Shown one piece after another: positions 51,791-64,000 of a stretch of DNA of 64,000 nt. The notes beneath the pieces were generated by a model. The model saw only the letters and a list, made by a program, of their open reading frames with translations, made no database searches and was not told where the DNA came from. The translations under genes and the position numbers were made by a program. The DNA is from Mustelus asterias (Eukaryota), in assembly GCF_964213995.1 (NCBI RefSeq), contig NW_027590128.1, forward strand, positions 806,001 to 870,000, read 5' to 3'. Every line of letters begins with the position of its first letter. Position 1 is the stretch's first letter.

Positions 51791-52470
51791 GGGCTTCACT
51801 CTCCGATCACAATCCCTGCCGGCCTCCCACATGCAGCCTCAATGGCGGCAGTCAGCCCGGGTCTAACACTACAAGCTGCCGCTCCATTTGGTACAAAGGG
51901 GAGGGACCGGGAAGTTCATTTCCGGGATTTGGGTTTGAACAACATGTTTACAAAGCCTCTCCACCCACCCGCCACATTTATCATTCCCCGCGCGCCGCCC
52001 CCTACCTCGTATTGCTCTCGCTTCCAAGTTAAAACCGTCCGTCTGTCGCCATTACCCGCACTGCGCATGCTTCAGGTCCCGCCCCTCATTCATTCCGATT
52101 GGTTGGAGGACCAGCCGCTCCCGCTCGGTCCACCAGCCCCGCTCCCTCTTCCTATTGGTCCGGAGCTGCCGTCAATCAGCCCCCGGGCATTGTGATGTGG
52201 AGCATGCGCAGTGTCATTGCTGTCCTTGGCGCTTGTTTGTCCCGGAGAAGCGGAGTCAGCGTTAGGCGGTGGCTGGGAGGATTTGGAAACACTTTGTGGA
52301 TCCGCAAACCCTTCAGAATCATTGTCAGCTCCCTGGTTTGCAGCTGCGGGGCTTCTCCCTCCCTCCCTCCCTCCCTCCCGGGAACAGGCCCAGGTTAACG
52401 GCCCCATCCTGGCTCAGCCACTGGAGGATGGTTCACATCAGAGGATGGGGGAGGGGGACAATAAATAAGA
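51790..52470 (+). promoter_or_regulatory. CpG promoter/first exon P7 of ZNF-9
   Basis: Inverted near-identical copy of 20850-21517; ETS-, NRF1-, YY1-like, CCAAT and GC boxes. Confidence 0.75.
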
Positions 52471-53211
52471 GGTTACACTTTGGCCTCAAATCAATGAGGA
52501 CTCTGATCTCTGGGAAGGAAGGAAACCCTGGGAGGTGGGCGGGGAGGATTCACAAACACCCGCTGGAGGCCCCAACACCCCCAGTAAGACCCATTGGTTT
52601 TATTGTCAGTCTACAGACAGCAGCTGGAGAACTGAACCCAGACAGAGGAGAGGGAGGGAGAAAACTGGGAGTGGAGGAAAGAAATGGTGAGATGGGTTTG
52701 GATTTCAGCCCAGGGAGGAGGGAGAGTGTGTGGGATGGGGATTTACTGATTTGGGGGAACAAGAAAGGAAAAAATGTTCCAGAGAAACTAGAATTGTCTG
52801 TTCAGAGTTTGTATCGTGTTCTGACAGTGATGACTTTTCTAAACTGTTTTTACAGGATATTGGAAGTGAAAGAATGGCAGTCGGAAAGCTCAAACCGGAC
52901 ATCACATCTGACAAAGTCATTCAGTTCCTTCGGAGCTGAATATCATTGGTCTTTGAATATAGAAAGAGAAATATTTGTCTGTTCTGCCTGTGGTCAAAGA
53001 AATTAAACATCAGTATGACCGGAAAAGCATCGAGACAAACACACCCGAGTGAGAGTGTTCCAGTGAACTGAATGTGGAAAGAGCTTTAACCAGTTACACA
53101 GCCTGAAAAAACATCACAGTTCACAGCAGGGTGAAACTACGTGTATGTTGTGTGTGTGGATGAGGCTTGAACTGATCATCCAACCTGGAGAAACACAAGG
53201 ACACCAGCCCC

Positions 53212-54360
53212 ATGGAGAAACCGTGGAAATGTGTGGAGTGCGGGAAGGGATTCGGTTTCCCATCACAACTGGAAGTTCATCGGCGCAGTCACACTGGGGA
53301 GAGACCGTTCACCTGCTCTGTTTGTGGGAAGGGATTCACCCATTCATACAACCTTCAGACTCACCGACGGGTTCACACTGGGGAGAGGCCGTTCACCTGC
53401 CCTGTGTGTGGGAAGGGATTCACTCGCTCATCCCACATTGTGACACACCAACTTGTTCACACTGATGAGAGAATGTTTACATGTTCTGACTGTGAGAAGA
53501 GTTTTAAATGCAAAAAAGATCTGCTGACGCACCAACGTATTCACACTGGGGAGAGACCGTTCACCTGCTCTGTGTGTGGGAAAGGATTCATTCAGTCATC
53601 TCACTTGCAGACACATCAACTTGTTCACTCTGATAACAAACTTTTTAATTGTTCCCACTGTGAGAAGAGCTTTAAAAATAAAAAAGATCTGCTGACGCAC
53701 CAATATGCTCACACTGGGGAGAGGCCATTCACCTGCTGTGTGTGTGGGAAGGGATTCAGCCGTCCATCTGCCCTATTGAACCACCAGAGAATTCACACTG
53801 GGGAGAGGCCCTTCACCTGCTCAGACTGTGGGAAGGGATTCATTAATTCATCCAACCTTCTGATACACCAGCAACTCCACACAGGGGATCGACCGTTCAC
53901 CTGCTCTGAATGTGGGAAGGGATTCACCCGTTCATACAACCTTCTGACACACCAGCAGGTTCACAGTGAGGAGAGGCCATTCACTTGCTCCGTGTGTGGG
54001 AAGGGATTCACTCGTTCATCCAACCTATTGAATCACCAGCGAGTTCACACTGGGGAGAGGCCGTTCACCTGCTCCACGTGTGGGAAGGGATTCAGTCAGT
54101 CATCCAACCTGCTGACACATCAGCGAGTTCACAGTGCGGAGAGGCCATTTACCTGCTCTGTCTGTGGGAAGGGATTTTCTCATTTATCTTATCTTCTGAA
54201 ACACCAGCGAGTTCACACTGGGGAGAGGCCGTTCACCTGTAATGTCTGTGGAAAGGGATTTATTCAGTCATCCCACCTGCTAACACACCGGCGAGTTCAC
54301 AAGGGACTGCAAGGTTTGGATTCTACACTTATTGATGCTGTTAATCATATCCAGGACTGA
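53212..54360 (+). CDS. Tandem C2H2 zinc-finger protein (ZNF-9), 13 fingers
   Basis: Intact 382-aa ORF from MEKPWKC; AATAAA at 54408. Confidence 0.92.
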   Translation: MEKPWKCVECGKGFGFPSQLEVHRRSHTGERPFTCSVCGKGFTHSYNLQTHRRVHTGERPFTCPVCGKGFTRSSHIVTHQLVHTDERMFTCSDCEKSFKCKKDLLTHQRIHTGERPFTCSVCGKGFIQSSHLQTHQLVHSDNKLFNCSHCEKSFKNKKDLLTHQYAHTGERPFTCCVCGKGFSRPSALLNHQRIHTGERPFTCSDCGKGFINSSNLLIHQQLHTGDRPFTCSECGKGFTRSYNLLTHQQVHSEERPFTCSVCGKGFTRSSNLLNHQRVHTGERPFTCSTCGKGFSQSSNLLTHQRVHSAERPFTCSVCGKGFSHLSYLLKHQRVHTGERPFTCNVCGKGFIQSSHLLTHRRVHKGLQGLDSTLIDAVNHIQD

Positions 54361-55269
54361 ATCATCTTCATTCTGACTTTTTTCTTCTGTTGAGATTTGA
54401 TATTCTGAATAAATGTGAAATAGACATTTGATTGAATCATTGTTGTAGATTTTTGTCTTTTCCATTTGAGTGTTTAACATCACCAGGCTGGAGCTCAGAA
54501 AGGGCAATCTGAGGGAGGGTCACACAGTAGGAACAGAACTTCATTCTTGACCCAGTCCTTCAGGGTCACGCTGAGAGGGACAAACAGCACTTTGGTCTTT
54601 TTCGTCACTTTTCACTGACAGCAAAGTCCCCGTGTGGGTGAATCCTGAGGTGTGTAAGAAATGTTTCCCAGTCGTTCTTTTCCATGGTTCAGAGCTCCCA
54701 GACATGGAACAGAAGCTCCTTTACAACTGTGTTCAGAGTCAGCAAGAACAACGGTGAATGCTGGAAACGTGCTGTCAAAGATTGGTGTAAAACTGGGATC
54801 TATTCCTGACTGAGAGTGAAACGGCAGGTTTAGGTTTCCAGACTTAGAATGAAAAAAAGTCTAAAATATTTTAATGTGTGTGTGTCAGTCCTGGTTTATT
54901 GAACAGAAACTGGCTTCAAATAAATTGGTTGAAGTCTGCATTAAAGTAGCAGCTGGAGACGTTCAAAGGAGCCTGTTAACTGCTGGGACAATTAGACAAC
55001 AATTTGATTCCCAGATAGAGAAGGAGCTGCAGTGTGTGTCCAAGAATTCTCAGTTTTGTTGATGTGTGCTTCCCATACACTATCCTTTTAAATAAACCTC
55101 ACTCCTATCAGCCTTTAACCATTATAAACAGAACAGAGAGAAGCTGAGCAGCATCAGAGTCCTGACTGATCATTTAAGAATGAGTGATGTGTTCAGCTGA
55201 AGTTTCCTGTTGGTAGTTTTCTGGGTGACCTCCTTATTTTGATCATTCTCAGTGATCCCTGGGTGTGAA

Positions 55270-55760
55270 CCTGCTCTCCTCTCTTTCAGACATTCACTCA
55301 CTTAGCATCTCCTCTCCCTCAGAAACTCAATCACTTAACATCTCTCATCTCTCTCACACTCACTGAACATCTCTCTTTCTCTCCAGGCATTCACTCACAC
55401 TTACCTTACCTTCCACCTCTCTTACACTCTAACCTCGCTCCTCTCTCACATTCACTTCACCTCTCTCCTCTCAGAAACTGTCTTCATCACTTAATGTCTC
55501 TCTATCTTTCTTTCAAACACTCACTCATTTAACCTTCCTATTTCAGATCTGCTTAAACTTATTCATTGTTTTCTCTCTCTCATTACCTCTCTCTCAAAAA
55601 GCACAAACACACTTCATCTCTCTTCGCTGTCTGAGAAAACATCTAATTGATGGAGATTCAATCCTCTCTGTTTCTCTCTCCCACTTCCTCTGACAGGCCC
55701 TGACTCACTTTAAATCTCCTCTTTTCTAATAACCCTCTTTGGGAAAACTCATTTGTTCTC
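55270..55760. repeat. Pyrimidine-rich low-complexity tract
   Basis: Degenerate CTCTCTC/CACTCACTT repeats. Confidence 0.6.
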
Positions 55761-57750
55761 TAATTCCTCCTCATTTCTCCCAGTGATGACCCTCAGTCCA
55801 TCTCCCAATTCAGTGAATGTGTTAAAAGTCCAAATAATCTCCTTTATTGTTTAAAATGGGAATGGAGGTGAATGTAATGCTGAGAGCGGCAGCAATCTGT
55901 GTGGTTGTTCTTGATGCTGTCAGAGTGAGTTCACCCTCACAGACAGGAAGACTGTTCATGGTGATAACATCAAACTGACGCCGGCTGTTTCATTCTCAGG
56001 TATCACAACTTCCTGTTTCTCTGCTGCCGGTTCCAAACCTCACATCTCACTTCTGAGCAGAAAATAAATCCAGGAACCACAATCTGGTGAGAACATCTGT
56101 CAATGTGACCGATATCTGTCCACAGAGTCAGGGCAGAGTCTCACAGGTCACATTGTGGTGACATTTACAAATGAGCCAGTTATTTCTGTTCAGAGTTTCC
56201 ATTCGCAGATATAACCAGCTGTGTCTGTGGATCAGTTACTGAGTTCCCTCTGCTCCCCATAGCTGGGAACTGATAGCCTGCTCCTTTATATTCCAGATCA
56301 TTCTCTCTGTATTGCTTGTTTCCTCTGATTCTCAGCTTTTATCTTTGACCACCTCATCTTTCTGCTTTTTAAATCTTTCTCAATTTTTCTCTGTCTTTCT
56401 GTCTCTCCCTTCCGCTGTATCTCTCTCAGGCTTTGTGTGTTCCTATTTAATCGAGCTGTTCAAAATCATGAAGAGTTTCTGATTGATTTTCGAAGGAAAA
56501 ACAGGGAGAGAAGCAGAAAAACCCAGCAGATCCGGCGGCATCTGTTCAAAGAGAAACAGTTAACATTTTGAGTCCATATAATTCTTCAGGGCAGGAAAAA
56601 CATGGGTTATCCACCTTAGATCAGGGAATGTAATGGGGAGAGGTGTTTAAAATGACAAATGATTTATGATAGTGTCAATGGAGAGAAATGATCTCCCAGG
56701 AGCACGAGGGTTTGTCGATGGAGAGAATCTATTTCCCCGGTGCAGGAGGGTCTGTAAGCAGAGGACACAGAGATTTAACTTAATTGACAACAGAACTGGA
56801 GGGGGTGATAAGGAGAATGTTTTACACAATAACTTGATATGATCTGGAATGCACAAACTGACAGGTGCTCGAAGCAGGTTTAGTAGTAACTTTCAAAGGG
56901 AATTGGATAAATACTTGCAGAAGGTAAATTGGCAGAGTTATGGTGAATGGGATTAATTGGACAGTTCACTCATCTTTGTGACATTCTGAATGTTTCTCTC
57001 CGAAGGTTTTAATATTTGATCTTTTCGGTCATAATGTGTCTCAAACAGAAGATTTAAACATTGGGTTTGATGAGCTGTCAGATCTCTTTCCTGTGTGTCT
57101 CTGTAACTTGCGAACTGGAGATAACCATGAGAAGGAACTGATTATTTTCAGTTCCTCTAACAGATTCCCCTCAGATATCAGGAATCCCTGGAGTTCCCCA
57201 TGTCCTCATTATTCTCCCCTTGAGTATAACAGCTCTCAGTCAGGCCGAGTCAGTCACATGTGTCTCTGTCATGATGTTTCCACTTGTATTTTATCACTCA
57301 CCTCCCAGTGACACTCACCATAACACAGACACCCTAAAATATCATTGTTCCCTTACACTTTGTCCTCCTATTATAATCAAATTTTTGTTGGGCCTCTTGT
57401 CTCCCTTAATGTCAGATTATCTGCAGTTAAAATGACCTCAGAGACACTGAAACCGACCTTTGTGATTATTATACCAGACTCCAATCAGCCCCAGGAGCTG
57501 CAGTTGTAAAATACAGCAGAATTGGAATAACAGACAGGTTATTGTCTGATAATGACAGTGGCAGAGTAACACACACTGGAATCTAAACACATTATATCAA
57601 TGGACCATGACTCACTCACACTATCAAATGAAACCTAAACTTTGGTTATGGTGCACGAGATACTGACTGTATTACCATTACATTGGATCCAATGCTGTGT
57701 TCACTAACATACTGCAACGTGACTCTTATTATTTGAACAAACATTGTATT

Positions 57751-58367
57751 TGTTACACTCAGAGTAAGTCAGTGTTTGCTGTGTTGTCTCTGTGCTCCAT
57801 CCCCACTCTGATTGTATTGGAGCCTGTGTGTGTCATTGTTACACTCAGAGTAAGTCAGTGCTTTGCTGTGTTGTCTCTGTGCTCCATCCCCACTCTGATT
57901 GTATTGGAGTCTGTGTGTGTCATTGTTACACTCAGAGTAAGTCAGTGCTTTGCTGTGTTGTCTCTGTGCTCCATCCCCACTCTGATTGTATTGGAGTCTG
58001 TGTGTGTCATTGTTACACTCAGAGTAAGTCAGTGTTTGCTGTGTTGTCTCTGTGCTCCATCCCCACTCTGATTGTATTGGAGCCTGTGTGTGTCATTGTT
58101 ACACTCAGAGTAAGTCAGTGCTTTGCTGTGTTGTCTCTGTGCTCCATCCCCACTCTGATTGTATTGGAGTCTGTGTGTGTCATTGTTACACTCAGAGTAA
58201 GTCAGTGCTTTGCTGTGTTGTCTCTGTGCTCCATCCCCACTCTGATTGTATTGGAGTCTGTGTGTGTCATTGTTACACTCAGAGTAAGTCAGTGCTTTGC
58301 TGTGTTGTCTCTGTGCTCCATCCCCACTCTGATTGTATTGGAGCCTGTGTGTGTCATTGTTACACTG
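57751..58367. repeat. 86/87-bp tandem repeat, 7 units
   Basis: Units start at 57751, 57837, 57924, 58011, 58097, 58184, 58271 (partial at 58358). Confidence 0.95.
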
Positions 58368-58374
58368 AGATTCT

Positions 58375-58900
58375 GTCACTGTGATTATTGGACAAGCAGC
58401 AAGTCACCGTCACAATGCCCGGCTGATTGACGGCAGCGTGGACCAATGGGAAGAGGGGGCAGTGCTGGAGGACCGACCTGGAGCGGTCGGTCATCGAACC
58501 AATAGGAGCGAATGAGGGGCGGGGCCAGCTTTGACTCGAGCATGCGCAGTGTGAGTAATGGCAATGGAAAGCGGCTTTTGTTTTGGGCTCGGAAATCTGT
58601 TAGAGGTGATTGGCGGTACGGAGAGAGCAATGGATCGTCCAGGTTGGTGGAAACGCTGCGTAAGCATGTTGTGTAAGCCGCAAACCGCGGAAGAGAGCTT
58701 CCCGGACCCAGTTTGTACCGAGCAGGGCTGCAGCTCCTCATGTTCGTCCCGGGTTAACGTTCGCCATCTTTATTGGGGGCAATATACAGCAGTGCGCATG
58801 TGCGGCCGCCATGTTTGTAGAGGGCAATATTGTCTATCATTGGGAGGAGCTTGTTCCCCATTGTTCAGAATGGAGACAACTTGTCCATCAAACTGTATCA
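58375..58900. promoter_or_regulatory. ZNF promoter module P8 (upstream of ZNF-10)
   Basis: CCAAT pair, GC box, GCATGCGCA, two CGCCAT (YY1-like); paralogous to 62360-62855. Confidence 0.65.
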
Positions 58901-60423
58901 ACCCTCTGAGTCCCAATGTCTTATTGATGAGGCAGAACGGTGACAGAGAAGGAGAAAAGAAAGGGAAATAAAAACAGTAAATGCTGGAAAATCTCAGCAG
59001 ATCTGACAGCATCTGTGGAGAGAGAATAGAACCAATGTTTTGAGACTGGATGACCCATAGACAGAGCTTGTACACGTGTAAACAGAGCATGTAAACTTTG
59101 ACATCTCCATGTACCCTTGTACACCTCTATCAATCTACTTTGCTCCAAGGAGAACAACCCCAAGTTATCCAGCCTAACATTGTAACTATAATTCCTCATC
59201 CCTGGAACCATTTTGATAAATCTCCTCTGCACCCTGTCAAGGAGCCTCACATCCTCCATAATGTGTGGTGATCACTGGTTTGCACAGACCCAGGTATTCT
59301 GTGTTCCTGTCTGTGATCTCATCACATACTTACAATTGCACAGTGACATCACCCCCACTCCCCAGGGATTTCCTCAACTGGGAGATTTTTCTCTGATGCC
59401 AATGCTTCTGATATCTTTCCAGCTGCAGGCTCCAGCAGGAGATTTTAATATTAAAATCAGTTAAATTGTTTCAGAGGTGAGTGTTTGTGACCATTCACCC
59501 ACAATTTAGAGTTTTAAATGATGTGCTCTGTTATCTGTGCTCTGGTTCCACATCTCTTGGGCTGGTCTGACTCCTTTACTGTGGATCTGAATCCATGTCC
59601 ATTCATTGCTCTGCTTCACCTCTGCCCTCCCTGATCACCTCTCAGTCATTGTCTAACTTCCTCTGCCTCTAATAATGGCTGTATTTTAGTTATGCTGCTG
59701 GTTTAGCAGCTTTATCTTAGAATCATAGAATGCCGACAGTGCAGGAGGCCATTTGGACACGTTTCTGTGTGTGGCCAAGGCTTCAGTCAATCATCTGGTC
59801 TGTCAATTAATGGGTCATTAATCTTTGCAGTTCTCTTCCCTCGAGAGCAATGGAGGTGCATCATTAAATATAGGGTCAAGGGTTATGGGTGACAGGAAGA
59901 AAATGAAGCCAAAATCACAATCAGATTAGCCAGGATCTTATGAAATTGAACAGCAGACTTGGTGGGCTGAATGTCCTACTCCTTCTCCTGTTTCATAGGA
60001 TCTTGTTGCTTGGTCGAAAACAAGAAATGGTGAGTGTCAACATGGATTAGCACCTTGAGGAGAATTGGGAGGGTGAATATTAGATACAGCAGAGTGAGAA
60101 TAGAGGGAGAGTGTGTGTTGCAGGGGAGGTGGGGGGAATGGAGCAAGGGGTAGTTACTTACAGGTTTTGGGGAATGAGAGAGGAAAGAATGTTTCACAGC
60201 AACTAGAATTGTCTGTTCTGAGTTTCTGAGCTGTACTGACTGTGATGACATTTGTAAACTCCTTTTACAGGATATTAAAAGGAGAGGATTTGCCACAAGA
60301 AATCTCAAACTAAACTTCACATCAAGATCTGACAGTGTCACTCAATTCATTTGGACGCAGGGAGCCATCGCCCAGTTACCATCAGTGTGACTACAAAAGC
60401 ACCGAGACACAGACAGCCATACC

Positions 60424-61098
60424 ATGGGGAAACCGTGGAAATGTGCAGATTGTGAGAAGAGATTCACTTCCCCATCTCATCTGGAAATTCACAGGCGCAG
60501 TCACACCAGGGAGAGACCGTTCACTTGCTTCCAGTGTGGGAAGGGATTTGCTAATTCATCAAACTTGCTGACACACCAGCGAGTTCATTCTGGGGAGAGT
60601 CCCTTCACCTGCTCCATGTGTGGGAAAGGATGCAGAAATTCATCCACCCTGCTGGCACACCAGCGAGTTCATAACGGGGAGAGTCCATTCAGCTGCTCCG
60701 ACTGTGGGAAGGGATTCATTAATTCATCAAGCCTCCTGAGACACCGGCGAGTTCACACTGGGGAGAAACCCTTCATCTGCTCTGCATGTGGGAAGCGATT
60801 TAGTCAGTTATCCAGCCTTCTGACACACCAGCGAGTTCACACTGGGGAGAAGCCATTCACCTGTTCGACCTGTGGGCAGGGATTCGCTCGGTCATCCCAT
60901 CTGTTGAGACACCGTCGAGTTCACACCGGAGAGAGGCCATTCACCTGTTCTGTGTGTGGGACAGGATTCACTCGATCATCCCACCTGCTGAAACACCAGC
61001 GAGTTCACACTGGGGAAAAGCCGTTCATCTGTTCTGACTGTGGGAAGGGATTCACCCAGTCAACCAGCCTGCTGAGACATCAGGGAGTTCACAAATGA
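60424..61098 (+). CDS. Tandem C2H2 zinc-finger protein (ZNF-10), 8 fingers
   Basis: Intact ORF MGKPWKC...HQGVHK*; conserved acceptor at 60270. Confidence 0.9.
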   Translation: MGKPWKCADCEKRFTSPSHLEIHRRSHTRERPFTCFQCGKGFANSSNLLTHQRVHSGESPFTCSMCGKGCRNSSTLLAHQRVHNGESPFSCSDCGKGFINSSSLLRHRRVHTGEKPFICSACGKRFSQLSSLLTHQRVHTGEKPFTCSTCGQGFARSSHLLRHRRVHTGERPFTCSVCGTGFTRSSHLLKHQRVHTGEKPFICSDCGKGFTQSTSLLRHQGVHK

Positions 61099-61339
61099 TT
61101 ACAATGGTTGGATTTGCTGTTATTGCTGCTGTTAATCACATCCGGGACTGAACCATTTTTATTCTGACTGTTGGTGAAGTGGGAGGGTCAGAGGGTTTCT
61201 TGCTGCTGGACTGGCTGGTCTCTCAATTTTCATTCCAGTGGCTGATTCCCTTTGAGCGAGGGCACATTTCCACTGAAATGATCCACAAAAGCAGATGTAG
61301 TATATTAACTTTATACTGGATAGTAAATAGTCTTTTTCT

Positions 61340-61850
61340 TACCGCTACAGGTATCTTGTCTTTTATCCGTCCTCGTTCTGAGGGTTGGCCGCGCTCTGAA
61401 CAGTCTTTCTCCACTGATTTCTCAGCTGCTCTCACTGCCTGTCCCATCGAGAGGCCGGTCCACATTCTGATATTATCCATCCATCTCGGGCCTTCCTTGT
61501 GCACATTTTCCAGGTGATTTGTCTCACGTTGCCTCTTTTTCCAAACACTCCCTCCCTATTCACAACACATGTCCAAAATAGGTGAGCTTCCTGGATGTGA
61601 GAGCCTCAGACAAGTTCCTGTGAACACCAGCTTTCTCCAGCACTCATTCATCCACTTTGCCGTTCGTGGCAATATCCGTCTGAGTCCTTTCATTTCAAAC
61701 ACTTTTAATGGCGGCTCATCACTCTTATTGACAGTCCAGCTTTCACAGACACACATTGTCACCGGCCACACAAGGACTTTCAGAAGATGAATGTTCATTG
61801 TAGCCGAGATGCTGTGGCTGCTCCATACCCTTTTAACTTAGATCACAACA
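61340..61850 (-). mobile_element. RTE-clade LINE 3' relic
   Basis: CESWTVNKSDE..KVFEMKGLRRIL and RWMDNIRMWTGLSM..AVRAA resemble the RTE ORF C-terminus. Confidence 0.7.
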
Positions 61851-62169
61851 ACATTACCCTTAATTCTGAGCTGAATTTATTTGATAGATTCTGCATCTCC
61901 TACTGCTTGGAACTAAAGTAAATGCATTTGTCTCTGTGCCATTGAGTACAGCACAGGGCCGGGCCAGTCGGCTCAATCAGTGTGTGTCAGTATTTATACT
62001 CCACGTGAGCCTCCACTTACCACTCTTCATCTGCCCCATCAGCATATCCTTCTATTCCTTTCTCCCTCATGTGTGTATTTATCTTACAAAAGGGACACAG
62101 AATTAAGATTTTGGGAAGAGACAGAAGGGGAAATGAAGTTTTTTTTATACAGTAAGTGTAATGAGCTGG

Positions 62170-62860
62170 AACTCAACACTTAAACTCAAAGGCTGATAAT
62201 ATTCAGGTCCTGATGAATGGGGTTTGTCCTGAATGTTGAAGCTTCCCCTGGGTGTGTGTATGTCACCTCCCCACCCCCACCGAACGCTGCCTCCGCTTAT
62301 CCGCCTGAAGATGAGACAAACAAGCGTCTGTCCCTGGACATGAGCTGCACTGCGCATGCTCAATGTCACAATGCCCAGAGAATGATTGACGGAAGCTTCG
62401 GACCAATAGGAAGAGGGGGCGGAGCTGGAGGACCGAGCAGGAGCGGCTGGTCCTCCAACCAATCGGAGTGAATGAGGGGCGGGATTTTCAGCATGCGCAG
62501 TGCGGGTCATGGGGATGGGCGGATGGTTTTTACTCGGATCCGAGATCAATTGGAAGTAAAAGGCGGTGCGCAGAGAGCGGTGAATCTGGCAGGTGGGTGG
62601 AAAGGCTTCGTAAACATGTTATTCAAATCCAAACCTTGCAAAACAACGTCTCGGTCCCCCCGGTTTGTTCCAAATGGAGCCGTAACGTGAAGCGTTGGGA
62701 GTGAGCTGACTGCCGCCATTTTGTAGGTGGGAATGTTAATAACAAAGATCTGCGCATGTGCGTCTGACGCTGCCGCCATCTTTGTAGGGGGCAATGTTGT
62801 CAATGAGTGGGAGGAGCTTGTTCCCCATTGTTCAGAATGAGACAACTTGTCCAAAAGAAA
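62170..62860. promoter_or_regulatory. ZNF promoter module P9
   Basis: NRF1-like x3, CCAAT pair with dyad, GC boxes, GCCGCCATTTT/GCCGCCATCTT. Confidence 0.65.
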
Positions 62861-63039
62861 GCACAGGATTTTAGAAGGGAGGATTTGAAACCAAATATCA
62901 CAGGAGAATATCATGGAGTTGGCCAATTTACTGTAGTCTGAATACCATTGTATTTTTAATATAGAAGGGAAGAACACCGTGTGTGGTTAAGATTTCAACC
63001 AATCATCTGGCCTTCCAGAACATAATTATCGTCCCAACA

Positions 63040-63210
63040 GGGAGATGGCATGGGAATGTGGGGACTGGGGGAAGGGACTCAAAGATTCATCCAAGTTGGA
63101 AACTCATCGATGCAGTCACACGGGGGAGAGGTGGTTCACCTGTTCCTATTGTGGGAAGGGATACATTACCTCATCCAGACTGTGAAAACACCAACAAATT
63201 CCAACTAACT
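63040..63210 (+). pseudogene. Two-finger ZNF relic (ZNF-11)
   Basis: WECGDWGKG...LETHRCSHTGERWFTCSYCGKG with a stop; followed by a ZNF-type 3' UTR. Confidence 0.6.
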
Positions 63211-63779
63211 GCAGTGATTGGATTTTGCTGTGATCATATTCAGACTGAACCATATTCATTTGGGTCTGTTTCTGCTGAATTGCAAAATAGCTCCATCTTT
63301 GTTGTAGGTGTTAATATATTAATCTTAGTGATATATAATCAGAGCCTCAGCTTGGGATAAAATTTGACAACCAGATTATGAACTGTCTGGTTCAGCCTCA
63401 AAGAGTTACAGCAGAGAGAGTAGGTGGGGAGTGGATTTTGTTGCAAGCACTGAAGACAGTGGCTTTCCTCTTCCCAGTATTGAATTGGAGGACATTTCTG
63501 CTCAACGAGCACTGGATGTCATACATGAGAGGATGGTGTGTTACTTGGAGGGGAATTGGAGGTGTTCATGTTCACACACACACGCTGCTCTGGACCTTTT
63601 AGGTGGCTGAACTAAAGGTTTGGATGTTCCATCAAAGCTCGGGTCGGGTTGGAGATATATAAAATCCTCTCCTTCAATACTTCCCATTCCCACCTCACTA
63701 TCTTTCTCTTCCTTGCTCCCCTCATTGATCCCAGAGTCTTGTGTTGGTTCAGACCTGGTGTAGACCCAGACTGTATGGG

Positions 63780-64000
63780 CAGGTTTCCTCGCCTGAAGAA
63801 CACTAGTTGGGTTTTCATGACAATCCAGCACTTTTCATGGTCATCTTTTCCTAGTGCCAGCTCCACAAATTACCTGATTCATTCAGCTCAATTTCACACT
63901 TTGCCTTTGTATTTAGTGGGTTCTCTCTCACTCCCTTTTTTTCTGTTTTAAGTCAATTTCACAGGGTATTGGAAGTGGAGGATTTGCAGTTGGGAAATTT
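63780..64000 (+). other. Intron end/acceptor of a further ZNF gene beyond the window
   Basis: Homologous to 4970-5185, which precedes ZNF-2; TTTCACAG|GGT at 63964. Confidence 0.55.

Noticed and set aside
57697-58430. Cys/His-rich repetitive ORFs
   Set aside because: By-product of an 87-bp (multiple of 3) repeat; the 86-bp units shift the frame; no C2H2 spacing

Overview
Eukaryotic genomic DNA, most likely a cartilaginous fish (shark), inferred from HE1/V-SINE-like tRNA SINEs and abundant CR1, L2 and Penelope elements. The window is a cluster of at least 11 tandem C2H2 zinc-finger (ZNF) genes or relics: five with apparently intact ORFs (one of them with a fused tail), one cut by the window start, and five degraded or prematurely terminated. 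None shows a KRAB, SCAN or BTB domain. Most share a modular architecture: a GC-rich, often bidirectional promoter (CCAAT, GC-box, NRF1-, YY1-, ETS- and CRE-like motifs plus a recurring GGAGGACC..GGTCCTCC dyad), a ~220-240 bp 5'-UTR intron, fossil fingers in the 5' UTR, and a start Met that appears to derive from the TGEKP linker. Retroelements are interleaved: CR1/L2/RTE LINEs, a TG..CA solo LTR, Gypsy integrase relics, and a Penelope-like element (PLE; RT + GIY-YIG) with inverted terminal repeats, split by a CR1. The PLE termini carry minimal hammerhead-ribozyme motifs (seven copies). These include a ~274-bp fold-back mini-element with an 11-bp target-site duplication (TSD). A 39-nt U2 snRNA 5' fragment, a variable-copy CRE minisatellite and an 87-bp higher-order tandem repeat are also present. 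All calls come from reading the sequence by eye; TE boundaries without a TSD are approximate.
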